Shown piece by piece: positions 1 through 9,401 of a stretch of 36,861 nt of DNA. The notes below the pieces were generated by a model. The model did not search any database, was not told the origin of the DNA, and saw nothing but the letters and a program-made list of their open reading frames with translations. Source of the stretch: Patescibacteria group bacterium UBA3458 (lineage in GTDB: Bacteria > Patescibacteriota > Minisyncoccia > Phycocordibacterales > UBA2100); NCBI GenBank assembly GCA_002378745.1, contig DFRR01000013.1:1-36861 (forward strand), read 5' to 3'. How positions within the stretch are numbered: position 1 is the first letter of the stretch; each line of letters opens with the position of its first letter. A program made the position numbers and the translations under genes.

Positions 1-76
1 GGTGGAGTTGGTAGACACGCAAGACTTAAAATCTTGTGACCTCACGGTCGCGCGGGTTCGAATCCCGCCCTCGGCA
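1..76 (+). tRNA. tRNA-Leu(TAA), 5' end cut off by the window edge
   Basis: D-loop GGAGTTGGTAGAC; anticodon arm CAAGA-CT-TAA-AA-TCTTG; long variable arm; T-loop GGTTCGAATCC; ends CTCGGCA with no encoded CCA. Confidence 0.95.
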
Positions 77-78
77 CA

Positions 79-127
79 TATGTAAAAAGAATCAGGTGCG
101 GGAACCCATCTGATTCTTTTTACATAA
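79..127. terminator. Hairpin / likely intrinsic terminator after tRNA-Leu(TAA)
   Basis: Inverted repeat TATGTAAAAAGAATCAG ... CTGATTCTTTTTACATA. Confidence 0.75.
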
Positions 128-134
128 GTAGTGT

Positions 135-270
135 GTGGGATTCGAAAAGCGGAGCCGCGCGTGCGGCAGCACGAGAAAGCGGCGAGCTCAGACCAAAAGC
201 ACTTAGTAGATTTCGAGCCTTGCGAAGAAATATACTTAGTGACTGGTGGTCGAATCCCCACGAGGGCACC
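135..270 (+). repeat. tRNA-associated structured element, subfamily A copy 1
   Basis: Near-identical to the reverse complement of 8273-8409 (4 mismatches in the first ~70 nt). Starts GGGATTCGAA (antisense T-arm) and ends TCGAATCCCCACGAGGGCACC (tRNA-like 3' end). Confidence 0.9.
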
Positions 271-313
271 TCTTGTTTTCTAACTTGCTTCGCTGCGTAA
301 GTAAACAAAGTCG

Positions 314-329
314 CCCGCCCTCGGCACCA
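314..329 (+). repeat. Direct copy of the tRNA-Leu(TAA) 3' end, followed by CCA
   Basis: CCCGCCCTCGGCAC matches 64-77 and continues to give ...GGCACCA. Confidence 0.8.
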
Positions 330-356
330 TCATTAGCAGACCAATCTATTTTCTAG

Positions 357-392
357 TCAAAAGACTCTCCTCATTCGAGGAGAGTCTTTTGA
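357..392. terminator. Bidirectional intrinsic terminator
   Basis: TCAAAAGACTCTCCTC-ATTC-GAGGAGAGTCTTTTGA perfect inverted repeat between convergent tRNAs. Confidence 0.85.
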
Positions 393-402
393 TTACTTCA
401 AG

Positions 403-475
403 TCCGCCCGGTAGGATTCGAACCTACGACAAACTGGTTAAGAGCCAGCTGCTCTACCAACTGAGCTACGGGCGG
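403..475 (-). tRNA. tRNA-Lys(CTT)
   Basis: Reverse complement CCGCCCGTAGCTCAGTTGGTAGAGCAGCTGGCT-CTT-AACCAGT...GGTTCGAATCCTACCGGGCGGA forms a canonical cloverleaf. Confidence 0.96.
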
Positions 476-560
476 ATGCAGACTATACTACTTCATATTT
501 GGTTTATTTCAATGTTTCTATAGGAATATACCGTGCATATGCTATACTAGCCCACGATTT

Positions 561-642
561 GCCGGGGTGGTGAAATTGGTAGACACGCCAGTCTTAGGAA
601 CTGGTGCCGCAAGGCATGGAGGTTCAAGTCCTCTCCCCGGCA
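561..642 (+). tRNA. tRNA-Leu(TAG)
   Basis: GCCGGGG acceptor; anticodon arm CCAGT-CT-TAG-GA-ACTGG; variable arm GCCGCAAGGC; GGTTCAAGTCC; CCCCGGCA. Upstream TGC-TATACT extended -10. Confidence 0.96.
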
Positions 643-645
643 CAT

Positions 646-690
646 ACAAACGCAAACGTCGGAGTGTATCTCCGGCGTTCTTGCGTTTGT
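646..690 (+). terminator. Hairpin after tRNA-Leu(TAG)
   Basis: ACAAACGCAAACGTCGGAG-TGTAT-CTCCGGCGTTCTTGCGTTTGT. Confidence 0.65.
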
Positions 691-691
691 C

Positions 692-837
692 GCCGAGAGA
701 GGACTTGAAAGACGGAGGCGGTACACAAGACGACGAGCCTGCGAGGAGTGCTTGTCGCCGAGTCCGGGTAGGAGGTTCTTAGCGAGTGCAGCGAGCTTAG
801 AAACCTGACACCAAGTCCTCTCCCCGGCACATACAAA
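692..837 (+). repeat. tRNA-associated structured element, subfamily B copy 1
   Basis: Starts GCCGAGAGAGGACTTGAA (antisense to the tRNA-Leu(TAG) 3' end). Core GAAAGACGGAGGCGG...TGCTTGTCGCCGAGTCCGGG is shared with 9401-9553. Ends in a 26-bp direct repeat (812-837 = 625-650). Confidence 0.9.
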
Positions 838-886
838 TAGATAATGACAAAGCGCGTCTTTGACATTTTGTATTTTTGCAAGCCGC

Positions 887-1210
887 TTACTCTATCGGCA
901 ACGTATCCAAATGCTGTCGGTGCTTTTCGCCATAGTCGATTTGGAAATCAAAGAAGGGGAGTTTGCGCAGCTGCATGTGTTTCTTTACGAATGTACGAAA
1001 TTCAGTTCGCTTACGCTTCGTAAAGTCGAGCGCTGTTTCCTCATAGCTTTCAGGCATGACCGTAAAATACACTGTTCCCTTAGTAAGGTCAGGGGACACA
1101 TCAGCTCGCGTGACGGTAATGAGGGATTGTCGGTTAGACTCTTTACCGAGAAACTCTGCGGCGAGATGAGCGACTGTCATTGCAACTTTTTGCTGTCGTT
1201 GAGATTGCAT
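887..1210 (-). CDS. rbfA: Ribosome-binding factor A
   Basis: ITVTRADVSPDL, LRKLPFFDFQID motifs; directly downstream of infB. Confidence 0.9.
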   Translation of the reverse strand: MQSQRQQKVAMTVAHLAAEFLGKESNRQSLITVTRADVSPDLTKGTVYFTVMPESYEETALDFTKRKRTEFRTFVKKHMQLRKLPFFDFQIDYGEKHRQHLDTLPIE

Positions 1211-1211
1211 A

Positions 1212-2705
1212 CTATTTTATAACCATTTCATAGCACTGAAGCATGTCACCCGGTTGCACTGCAACTTCAGACTGCACTTGTGCACCAAATTCATCACCTT
1301 CGTTTACACTGTCGACACTCTGCTTGCCACTTTGCAAATTAAGGATATTTCCTTCACTCAACACCGTCTCATTACGAAGTATCCGAATACGAGCTCCCTT
1401 TTTAATGCTGCCACTTTTTACTTTTCCACCAATAACATATTTATTTTTTACTGAAGAAAAGTGCATCATCACTTTCGCCATACCAATTTCTTCCAAGGTT
1501 TCCATCTTAGGGATACGTTCCTTAATCGCAGTCTCTAACCACTCACTGAGCTTGTAGATAATATTAAATACATGAATTTCTTTTCCGTTTTGCATTGCAA
1601 TGTCTCGTGCAGATGCATCAATACCGACATTAAACGCAATAACAATCGCATTATGACTTGAAGCAAGAGCAGTGTGCACATCTCCTTCAGAGACGTTGCC
1701 GACACCTTCTACAATCGTGCTTATAACAATCCGTTCGTTCTCAAGTTTCTGGAGCTCATGCGCAATTGCCTCAAGAGTACCGGTAGTGTCTGCCTTTATG
1801 ACAAGTGGAATAAGGTGTCGTTCGTCATCTTCGTTCCATGCTGCAATAGCTCGCTTCGTGGGAGTCGTCGCCTTGGCAAGTTCAGCATCCTTTTTACGCT
1901 CGTACGAACGAAACGTACTGCCGACACTCGGTAATGAGTCGAATCCAATGATGCGCACCGGACTGGAGAAGGAAGCTTCCTTTATTGGACGACCTTCGAA
2001 GTTCTCGAAAATACGCACAGGAGCCATTGAGCTATCTGCCACCACGTATTCACCACTCTTGAGCGTTCCATTCTTAATCACTAGGGTAGCTGCAACGCCT
2101 TTCTTTGGATCTCGGTGTGCTTCGATAACCACACCTTGCGCGGGTAGTGTCGCGTTACCTGAGAGTTCTTCAAGTTCTGCAACGAGTAGAAGAGTATCAA
2201 GAAGCTCATCCACTCCTTGTCCGGTTTTGGCAGAAACTTCGTTAAACGGAATGTTGCCTCCCATGCCTTCAATATAGATACCGTGTTCAATAAGGCTCGC
2301 TTTCGTCTTATTCGGATCAGCGTTTGGTTTGTCGATTTTATTTATAGCAACAACATACGGAATACCTGCTTGTGTAATTGCACTGAGTGCATCAAGCGTT
2401 TGCGGCTTCACGCCTTCTTCTGCTGAAACGACAAGAATAGCGATATCGGCAACTGATGCGCCACGAGCGCGAATTTTCGCGAATGCCTCGTGTCCCGGTG
2501 TATCAAGAAATGTAATGCGCTTTTCAACACCTTCGTGCTCGTGCACGACTTCATATGCGCTCACGCGTTGGGTAATACCGCCGGCCTCTGATGCAACGAC
2601 GTTGGTTTTACGAATATAGTCAAGCAGCGCCGACTTACCGTGGTCCACGTGTCCCATTACGGCAATAACAGGAGGACGAATTATGTTGGTGTCTGTGCTC
2701 GTCAT
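1212..2705 (-). CDS. infB: Translation initiation factor IF-2 (short form without N-terminal domain)
   Basis: [37 protein letters not shown] motifs. Confidence 0.97.
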   Translation of the reverse strand: MTSTDTNIIRPPVIAVMGHVDHGKSALLDYIRKTNVVASEAGGITQRVSAYEVVHEHEGVEKRITFLDTPGHEAFAKIRARGASVADIAILVVSAEEGVKPQTLDALSAITQAGIPYVVAINKIDKPNADPNKTKASLIEHGIYIEGMGGNIPFNEVSAKTGQGVDELLDTLLLVAELEELSGNATLPAQGVVIEAHRDPKKGVAATLVIKNGTLKSGEYVVADSSMAPVRIFENFEGRPIKEASFSSPVRIIGFDSLPSVGSTFRSYERKKDAELAKATTPTKRAIAAWNEDDERHLIPLVIKADTTGTLEAIAHELQKLENERIVISTIVEGVGNVSEGDVHTALASSHNAIVIAFNVGIDASARDIAMQNGKEIHVFNIIYKLSEWLETAIKERIPKMETLEEIGMAKVMMHFSSVKNKYVIGGKVKSGSIKKGARIRILRNETVLSEGNILNLQSGKQSVDSVNEGDEFGAQVQSEVAVQPGDMLQCYEMVIK

Positions 2706-2768
2706 ACTTAAAAAAGCAAGCGCCGTAGGGCGCTGTATATCGTCAGGAGCCTCCCGAAGATGAGTAGC

Positions 2769-3233
2769 CTAAGTATGCAATGATTTCCGTGCTTTTTCAA
2801 GCGCAGCGCTCTCTTCTTCAGTAAGCATTTGCTCTGCCTTAAAGTCGACGATATTCTTGCTAAATATACTGACGCTGCTACGTGCGTGAAGTGTTGAGAT
2901 GACAATACCCGTACCATCTTCAGCGACGAATGCTGCTGCAAAGGATGGCTTACTGTCGCCGTTACCCGCAAACGGATTAAAGCGGACAATGCCGACTCCA
3001 CGAACGCTCGTTTTTACCCGAGCATCGAGTTGTGTAAGCTCTGCGTGAACGGAAGACTTAAATTGCTCGAGGTCCTGATAATCACGTGCAATGGTACCGA
3101 GATGTCGTTCCAAGTTTTTGCCGTCACTTCCTCGGGTAAGACGACGGAGGCGAAATTCAAGCATGATATTCCATATAAGCAGTACTCCGATAGCTACGGC
3201 AACGGCAATGCTTATTTGAATAAATGCTGACAT
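2769..3233 (-). CDS. DUF4446-like membrane-anchored coiled-coil protein
   Basis: N-terminal TM, coiled coil, VGIVRFNPF...SFA...GIVISTLHAR...LTEEE pattern. Confidence 0.75.
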   Translation of the reverse strand: MSAFIQISIAVAVAIGVLLIWNIMLEFRLRRLTRGSDGKNLERHLGTIARDYQDLEQFKSSVHAELTQLDARVKTSVRGVGIVRFNPFAGNGDSKPSFAAAFVAEDGTGIVISTLHARSSVSIFSKNIVDFKAEQMLTEEESAALEKARKSLHT

Positions 3234-3286
3234 GCGTCGAAGATTGTAGCATGGACAATATTACTTTGCTGCTTACAATAGCGAAT

Positions 3287-4510
3287 ATGTTTAAAAGAAA
3301 GGCGAAACGATTTTTCCTTGATTACGCAGCAGGAACACCGATGTCCGAACGCTCGCGTAACGCATACCTACACGCGCTCCCGCATTTCGCAAATCCGCAA
3401 GCATTGCATACAGAAGGACTTGCAGCAGCACGTATTCGCGACGAGGCTCGGAGTACCATCTGTACGTTGCTAGGCATAAAAGCTTCAGAGTTCATCTTCA
3501 CGTCCGGAGGCACCGAAGCAAACAGCTTGGCGCTCGCTGGAACACTGCTCAGGTTGGAAGAGGAGGGGGTTCGACTTGTGGACTGTCATGTTGTGGTGAG
3601 CGCCATTGAGCATCCATCAGTGACTGATGTATTCACGCCATTTATTGCGCGCGGTCTCACCATAACCACCGTAGCCCCAAATGAGCACGGTGAGATAAGA
3701 CCGGAGGCGGTAGCCGCTGCATTGCAGGAAAATACAGTCCTGGTTTCTGTTGCGTTGGTAAATAGTGAAATAGGCACGGTGCAACCATTGCACGCAATAA
3801 GCAAAGTTCTTAAGGAGCACACGCCAGTGATTGCTGGGACGACACGTGAAAAAGTGCTCCTGCACGCCGATGCGTGTCAGGGGTTGTATCAGTCGCTCAT
3901 ACCGCAAGGATTAGGAGTTGACTTGATGACGCTTGATTCAGGAAAAATGTTCGGCCCACGTGGTGCCGGTGCACTGTATGTTCGACGTGGTGTTGCACTC
4001 GCGCCGGTCTTGCGCGGTGGTAGCCAAGAACAAGGGCTTCGACCGGGCACGGAAAATATTCATCTCTACGCGGGTTTCGCCGAAGCGTTCGTTGAGGCTA
4101 CAGAGTTACGGGTATCAGAAGGGGAGCGACTTACCGTTATCCGCGAGGCGTTATGGGAAGAACTTGCACAACACGTTCCAGGGGTGATTCGTAACGGAAC
4201 AGCGCGACATCAAGCGCCGCACATTTTAAATATCTCCGTTCCCGGTATCAGTGCGGAGTATGTCGCAATGTACTTAGACCAACGCGGTGTAGCACTCTCT
4301 ACTCGGAGTGCATGCTTGGAACGCACTGACCAAAAAGGCTCACACGTGGTTGCTGCGCTCGCACATGCAGACAGTTCATCAAATGGAAATGCATGGCGAG
4401 CAACAAGCACGCTACGCTTTTCGTTCGGCAGAGATACCCAGTTACACGATGTACAAACGATAGTGCAGAAAGTGAAAGAAGCTGTTGAAACGTATCAGAG
4501 TTTCGCATAG
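3287..4510 (+). CDS. iscS: Cysteine desulfurase (IscS/NifS family, PLP-dependent)
   Basis: FLDYAAGTP, FTSGGTEAN, SAIEHPSV, HADACQ, RPGTEN, STRSAC catalytic Cys. Start placed at ATG 3287. Confidence 0.9.
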   Translation: MFKRKAKRFFLDYAAGTPMSERSRNAYLHALPHFANPQALHTEGLAAARIRDEARSTICTLLGIKASEFIFTSGGTEANSLALAGTLLRLEEEGVRLVDCHVVVSAIEHPSVTDVFTPFIARGLTITTVAPNEHGEIRPEAVAAALQENTVLVSVALVNSEIGTVQPLHAISKVLKEHTPVIAGTTREKVLLHADACQGLYQSLIPQGLGVDLMTLDSGKMFGPRGAGALYVRRGVALAPVLRGGSQEQGLRPGTENIHLYAGFAEAFVEATELRVSEGERLTVIREALWEELAQHVPGVIRNGTARHQAPHILNISVPGISAEYVAMYLDQRGVALSTRSACLERTDQKGSHVVAALAHADSSSNGNAWRATSTLRFSFGRDTQLHDVQTIVQKVKEAVETYQSFA

Positions 4511-4628
4511 TCATACGCCTCGTTGAGGTCCAAAAGGAGAAGCTATTGACCAGCTTTTTCTCTCGTTGTATTGTGCGATTGCATGAGGTTGCCACCATTG
4601 TAATGAGCGGCACAGATGCGATACTATT

Positions 4629-5480
4629 ATGGTTATGGATCTTGAGCATCTCAACAAATCGCAAATCGTGTTGCTCACGATGCTCGTTTCTTTTGTCACA
4701 TCAATCGCGACAGGCATTGTTACCGTGTCACTTATAGAGGAAGCGCCGACTGATGTCACTCGGGTAGTACAACGTGTGGTAGAGCGAACAGTCGAACAGG
4801 TAACTCCGGCAGAGCAACAGGCAACCGTTGTCACTCGAGAGAGGACCATTATCGTAAAAGAAGCAGATTTGATTGCTGCTGCGATTGCAGAAAATAAATC
4901 AAAAATCGTAAGTGTCTTTGACGCAAAAACAAACACGTTCGTTTCACTTGGTGTGTTTGTTGACGGAGAGGGCACCTTGGCAGTTGATGCCGGTGCAATA
5001 GTAAAGGGCGGTACGTATGCTGTTGATATCGGTACAGATAAACCTGCACCAGCAACCGTTCAGTACGAGGGAGGCGCTCGAGGCATCGCGCTATTGAAAG
5101 TAACCGCTGAACGCATTGGCGTTGCTGCAGTAACACCATCACAGGTTGGGCTTCAATTAGGACAGACCGTTGTGGCTTTCATCGGAAACGGTAGCATTAC
5201 ACAGGGTATTGCAACAGCACTTGATGAGGGAGGATTTGCAGGAACAAGTATAAGTGGCGCGAAAATAGCACCGGGCTCGCCACTCATTAATGTTGATGGA
5301 GAAGTCGTTGGTATCAGCACTAAAGCATCCCGAGAGGTGAGTGAAGGGACATTTGCGTCAATCCGTGCAGCATTTGCGCAAGCAACAACCGGCACAAATA
5401 CCGCTGCCACTACAACTGAGAAGGTACCTGAGAGTAACACAAACGCGACTGCGCCAACGACACAGAAACCTGCCCAGTAA
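4629..5480 (+). CDS. Membrane-anchored trypsin-like (S1C/HtrA-like) domain protein, catalytic motifs degenerate
   Basis: N-terminal TM; IALLKV, LQLGQTVVA, PGSPLINVDGEVVGI resemble S1C, but TNAH and GNSGG are absent. Confidence 0.65.
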   Translation: MVMDLEHLNKSQIVLLTMLVSFVTSIATGIVTVSLIEEAPTDVTRVVQRVVERTVEQVTPAEQQATVVTRERTIIVKEADLIAAAIAENKSKIVSVFDAKTNTFVSLGVFVDGEGTLAVDAGAIVKGGTYAVDIGTDKPAPATVQYEGGARGIALLKVTAERIGVAAVTPSQVGLQLGQTVVAFIGNGSITQGIATALDEGGFAGTSISGAKIAPGSPLINVDGEVVGISTKASREVSEGTFASIRAAFAQATTGTNTAATTTEKVPESNTNATAPTTQKPAQ

Positions 5481-5531
5481 GAAGTGCGGGACGCATCCGT
5501 TATCGGATTAATAGCAGTAGGTAAACACACT

Positions 5532-8231
5532 ATGCCATTTCAAAATTTCACAACTAAAGCAAAAGAATCAGTACATCGAGCACATCAACTCGCTATTGAG
5601 CGTGGACAGTCGCATGTGAGCCCGTTGCACTTGCTCGCAGCACTCCTGTTGCAAGACGAGAGCATGACGCTCTCGATTCTTGAGCGTCTTGAAATCGACA
5701 CGATACATTTTGCTGACTCAATCATTGAAACACTTGATGGAAATAGCACTGGGACGACAATGTCTGCGTCATTTCAGATTTATCTCACACCTGAACTTGC
5801 ACAAATTCTGCAAGATGGTGCGCCGCGCGTCGCGAGCACCTTCGGTGATCAGTTCGTGTCAACAGAGCACCTATTGCTTGCTGTGCTCGATAATCCCGGT
5901 AACGCCGCCGAAGTACTTGCACGCTTCCAGATAAGTCGTGAGGAAGTAGCACGCATCTACGAAGATGTAAAAGAAGGCAAGATTACTGATATTGAATCAC
6001 CAAAGCAGAATCGGGCGCTTGCAAAATTCACCCGGAGCCTTACCGAGCTTGCTCGAGAGAATAAACTCGACCCGGTCATTGGGCGTGACAGGGAAATCAC
6101 ACGCGTGATACAAATTTTGTCACGTCGCACTAAAAATAACCCAATCCTTATTGGAGAAGCTGGGGTGGGGAAGACGGCAATCGCCGAAGGTCTTGCACAG
6201 CGCATGGCGTCAGGTGACGTACCTGAATCTCTCAAGGGGAAAGATTTGGTTTCGCTCGATTTGGGACTACTTATCGCCGGAACCAAGTTCCGTGGCGAGT
6301 TCGAAGAGCGCCTTAAGAGTATTATGAAAGAAGTAGAACGCGCGGAAGGAAATGTGATTCTCTTTATTGACGAAATCCACACCATTGTTGGGGCCGGTTC
6401 AGCTGAAGGATCAATGGATGCGTCAAACATGCTCAAGCCGGCACTTGCTCGCGGAGATTTACGTGTCATTGGTGCAACAACGTTAAATGAGTACCAAAAG
6501 CATATTGAGCGTGACCCGGCGCTGACACGCCGATTCCAACCAGTACATGTGAATGAGCCGTCTATTGAAGATGCTATTGCCATCATGCGAGGACTTAAAG
6601 AAAAGTATGAATTGTTCCACGGCGTACGCATTACTGACGATGCCATCGTTGCATCAGTTGAGCTCAGTAGCCGGTACCTCACTGAACGCCAGCTGCCCGA
6701 CAAAGCCGTCGACCTCATAGATGAGGCAGCATCAGCATTGCGTATTTCGCTTGAAAACAAACCTCCGCAGCTTGAAGATGCGCACCGTAAGATAATGCGT
6801 CTCGAAATAGAACGCGAAGCCCTTAAGAAGGACTTCACACAAGGAGAAAAGAGCGTTAAAGACCGCATGAAAACGGTCGAAAAAGAAATTGCAGAACTCA
6901 AAGAAAACACACATGAGCTTGAAGCAAAGTGGCAAAATGAGAAGGAGACACTCACTGACATCAAGGCACTGAAACACGAGTTGGAAGAAGCGCGAATGGT
7001 TGCCGAGGCAGCCGAGGCAGCCGCTGATTTGACGCGTGCTGCAGAGATTCGGTACGGACAGATTCCGGAACTCGACAAAGAGTTAAAGGCGAAGATGGCT
7101 CGCTTGAAGAAGCTTCAGAGCTCGCGTCGAGTGCTTCGCGAAGAAATCAATGAAGAGGACATAGCTGACGTGGTATCGCGATGGACTGGCGTGCCGGTTA
7201 CGCGCATGCTCGAGGGTGAGCTGGATAAGCTTTCTCGCATGGAAGAAGCACTACGTACACGTATTGTTGGACAAGAGGACGCCATTCAGAAAGTGGCTGA
7301 TGCCGTGAAGCGTTCTCGTGTTGGTATCGCAGATCCAAATAGGCCAATTGGTTCATTCCTGTTCCTGGGACCGACAGGAGTTGGAAAGACTGAACTTACG
7401 AAAGCTCTGGCAGAGTTTATGTTTGACGACGAAAACGCATTGCTTCGTGTGGACATGTCGGAATTCATGGAAAAGCATTCAGTCTCAAAGATGATTGGCT
7501 CTCCTCCGGGATACGTTGGACACGATGAGGGAGGTGCACTCACTGAGCGTGTACGTCACCGACCGTACTCAGTACTGTTGTTCGATGAGATTGAGAAGGC
7601 GCACCCTGAAGTGTTCAATATCCTGCTTCAAGTGCTCGATAACGGTCGTCTTACTGACGCAAAGGGACGCACGGTGAACTTCAAGAACACCATCATCATT
7701 ATGACCAGTAACTTAGGTGCTGAGCATATCGACAAGATGAGCCGCCTCGGATTCACTGAAGACCAAGGCGAGGTAGCACAGTACTCACACAGTAAGGATA
7801 AAATCATGAAAACACTGCGTGATTCATTCCGTCCGGAGTTCATTAACCGACTCGACGAAATCATCATATTCGATATTCTCTCTGAGGAGTCAATAAAGAA
7901 CATTGTTGCAATGCAGGTGGCAATCGTTGAAAAAAGGCTTGCAGCTAAGAAAATCACACTACAATTCTCTCCGGCAGCGCTCACGCACCTGGCACAGAAG
8001 GGATACAATCCGCAATATGGTGCACGGCCGCTGAAGCGACTCATTCAGAGCAAGGTGCTCACCCCGGTTGCTGCACTTATGGTTTCGCAAGGAAATGACG
8101 AAGGGGGAGTAGTAAAGGTTGACGTTGTAAATGATATGTTCACGTTTGACGTAAAGAAAAAGAATGCGGCACAGAAAAAGCGCCGTGCCCCAAGAGCGAC
8201 AAAGAAAAAAACTGCAGCCACTGCTGCGTAG
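5532..8231 (+). CDS. clpB: ATP-dependent chaperone ClpB
   Basis: Clp N domain, two AAA+ modules ([16 protein letters not shown]), long coiled-coil middle domain. Start at ATG 5532. Confidence 0.96.
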   Translation: MPFQNFTTKAKESVHRAHQLAIERGQSHVSPLHLLAALLLQDESMTLSILERLEIDTIHFADSIIETLDGNSTGTTMSASFQIYLTPELAQILQDGAPRVASTFGDQFVSTEHLLLAVLDNPGNAAEVLARFQISREEVARIYEDVKEGKITDIESPKQNRALAKFTRSLTELARENKLDPVIGRDREITRVIQILSRRTKNNPILIGEAGVGKTAIAEGLAQRMASGDVPESLKGKDLVSLDLGLLIAGTKFRGEFEERLKSIMKEVERAEGNVILFIDEIHTIVGAGSAEGSMDASNMLKPALARGDLRVIGATTLNEYQKHIERDPALTRRFQPVHVNEPSIEDAIAIMRGLKEKYELFHGVRITDDAIVASVELSSRYLTERQLPDKAVDLIDEAASALRISLENKPPQLEDAHRKIMRLEIEREALKKDFTQGEKSVKDRMKTVEKEIAELKENTHELEAKWQNEKETLTDIKALKHELEEARMVAEAAEAAADLTRAAEIRYGQIPELDKELKAKMARLKKLQSSRRVLREEINEEDIADVVSRWTGVPVTRMLEGELDKLSRMEEALRTRIVGQEDAIQKVADAVKRSRVGIADPNRPIGSFLFLGPTGVGKTELTKALAEFMFDDENALLRVDMSEFMEKHSVSKMIGSPPGYVGHDEGGALTERVRHRPYSVLLFDEIEKAHPEVFNILLQVLDNGRLTDAKGRTVNFKNTIIIMTSNLGAEHIDKMSRLGFTEDQGEVAQYSHSKDKIMKTLRDSFRPEFINRLDEIIIFDILSEESIKNIVAMQVAIVEKRLAAKKITLQFSPAALTHLAQKGYNPQYGARPLKRLIQSKVLTPVAALMVSQGNDEGGVVKVDVVNDMFTFDVKKKNAAQKKRRAPRATKKKTAATAA

Positions 8232-8235
8232 GCAA

Positions 8236-8270
8236 ATGAAAAACCCCTCGGAAACCGAGGGGTTTTTCAT
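8236..8270. terminator. Bidirectional terminator after clpB
   Basis: ATGAAAAACCCCTCGG-AAA-CCGAGGGGTTTTTCAT. Confidence 0.88.
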
Positions 8271-8272
8271 CG

Positions 8273-8409
8273 GCGGGCGATGAGGGAATCGACCACCAGT
8301 CACTAAAGTGTAATTTTCGTCCTTACGGACTCAATTCCACTAAGTGCTTTTGGTCTGAGCTCGCCGCTTCCTCGTGCTGCTGCACGCGCGACTCCGCTTT
8401 TCGATTCCC
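8273..8409 (-). repeat. tRNA-associated structured element, subfamily A copy 2
   Basis: Reverse complement GGGAATCGAAAAGCGGAG...CTTTAGTGACTGGTGGTCGATTCCCTCATCGCCCGC. 20-bp direct repeat 8273-8292 = 8472-8491 (tRNA-Trp 3' end). Confidence 0.9.
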
Positions 8410-8426
8410 GGCGCAAGTCCCCAGTA

Positions 8427-8467
8427 AAACAAAAAACAGCACACTCAGTCGTGCGCTGCTCTTTGTC
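8427..8467 (-). terminator. Terminator after tRNA-Trp
   Basis: Reverse complement AGCAGCGCAC-GACTGA-GTGTGCTGTTTTTTG. Confidence 0.7.
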
Positions 8468-8472
8468 TTATG

Positions 8473-8543
8473 CGGGCGATGAGGGAATCGAACCCCCGAC
8501 ATCGGTTTTGGAGACCGAAGTTATGCCACTTAACTAATCGCCC
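8473..8543 (-). tRNA. tRNA-Trp(CCA)
   Basis: Reverse complement GGGCGATTAGTTAAGTGGCATAACTTCGGTCT-CCA-AAACCGATGTCGGGGGTTCGATTCCCTCATCGCCCG. Confidence 0.95.
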
Positions 8544-8594
8544 AGTTCGTAAAAAAGCTCCGTAGTGGAGCTTTAGTACTATAGCAGATATTTG

Positions 8595-8756
8595 CTATTT
8601 CTTCATTTCCTTGTGTGCCGTCTTTTCCTTACACCACTTGCAGAACTTATTTAAATCAAGTTTTTCAAGGTTTTCGCCTTTAATTCGGCGGGAAGTCCAA
8701 TAGTTAATACGCTTACACTTGGTGCACGCGAGTTTTTTCAATTTATCCTGGCTCAT
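8595..8756 (-). CDS. rpmG: 50S ribosomal protein L33 (four-Cys zinc-binding type); not in the ORF track
   Basis: Manual translation MSQDKLKKLACTKCKRINYWTSRRIKGENLEKLDLNKFCKWCKEKTAHKEMKK (53 aa); upstream of tRNA-Trp as commonly found. Confidence 0.93.
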   Translation of the reverse strand: MSQDKLKKLACTKCKRINYWTSRRIKGENLEKLDLNKFCKWCKEKTAHKEMKK

Positions 8757-8768
8757 GAGGCGTTAACA

Positions 8769-9173
8769 TTAAACAATTGAGCCGTGTCTGTCAACGGGCA
8801 CAGAACTAACGCTATTTACGCGTTCATCCAACCCTCGTCCAGTCAAAGTCACCAAAATAGTGTTCACAACGAGCCACGCGACGAGCACAATGATGAGCCC
8901 AACAACGACTGCCCCAAAAATCTTCTTTCCCTTCTCTACATTACTCGCATTTCCGGTATCAGAGAAAAACAACCAGCCAGCATACGCAAACATTAGTGCA
9001 GACGCTGTGATTGCCAGCATGACGATAAAATCGAGTATATTCTTTGCAAGCTGTATGAGGTCGTCCCACCCACATCCGGCGCCACAATCAGGCACAATCT
9101 GTGCTGACACGATAGACGGCACGATAAGCGCTGTACCCACCAGCATCGCGAAAGCAACTAGTACATTTTTCAT
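8769..9173 (-). CDS. TrbC/VirB2-like pilin (CPR-type)
   Basis: Signal peptide ending VSA-Q, paired Cys (DCGAGCGW), two TM helices around YAGWLFF...GNASNVEKGKK...GLIIVLVAWLVV. Confidence 0.75.
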   Translation of the reverse strand: MKNVLVAFAMLVGTALIVPSIVSAQIVPDCGAGCGWDDLIQLAKNILDFIVMLAITASALMFAYAGWLFFSDTGNASNVEKGKKIFGAVVVGLIIVLVAWLVVNTILVTLTGRGLDERVNSVSSVPVDRHGSIV

Positions 9174-9270
9174 GTACTTATGGTAGCACTTTGCGCCAAA
9201 CACACACGAGCTACTGTGGGTAATACGAGCGAATTGAATCTTCTGCGTTTTTTGGTACACTCACTCAGTT

Positions 9271-9353
9271 GCGTCGGTGGCAGAGTGGTCAATTGCACGA
9301 GGCTGTAAACCTCGCGACTTCGGTCTACGCAGGTTCGAATCCTGCCCGGCGCA
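9271..9353 (+). tRNA. tRNA-Tyr(GTA)
   Basis: GCGTCGG acceptor; CGAGG-CT-GTA-AA-CCTCG; variable arm GACTTCGGTC; GGTTCGAATCC. Confidence 0.96.
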
Positions 9354-9355
9354 CT

Positions 9356-9401
9356 AAATACAGTTGACCCCAGAGTATACCTCTGGGGTTTTACTGTATT
9401 T
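9356..9401 (+). terminator. Hairpin/terminator after tRNA-Tyr
   Basis: AAATACAGT..GACCCCAGAG-TATAC-CTCTGGGGTT..ACTGTATTT. Confidence 0.7.

Noticed and set aside
135-270. Elements as extra tRNAs, tRNA introns or hammerhead ribozymes
   Set aside because: The upstream tRNAs are uninterrupted; the elements lack D and anticodon arms and the CUGAUGA core, and are too short for group I introns.
120-881. ORFs 120-308, 567-782 and 624-881 (likewise 7959-8303, 9170-9484, 9354-9572)
   Set aside because: They overlap tRNAs, terminators or the tRNA-associated elements and have no protein-like features.
5957-7078. 373-aa antisense ORF in clpB and similar shadow ORFs in infB and the ATPase
   Set aside because: Antisense shadows of conserved genes, Ser/Arg-rich with no motifs.
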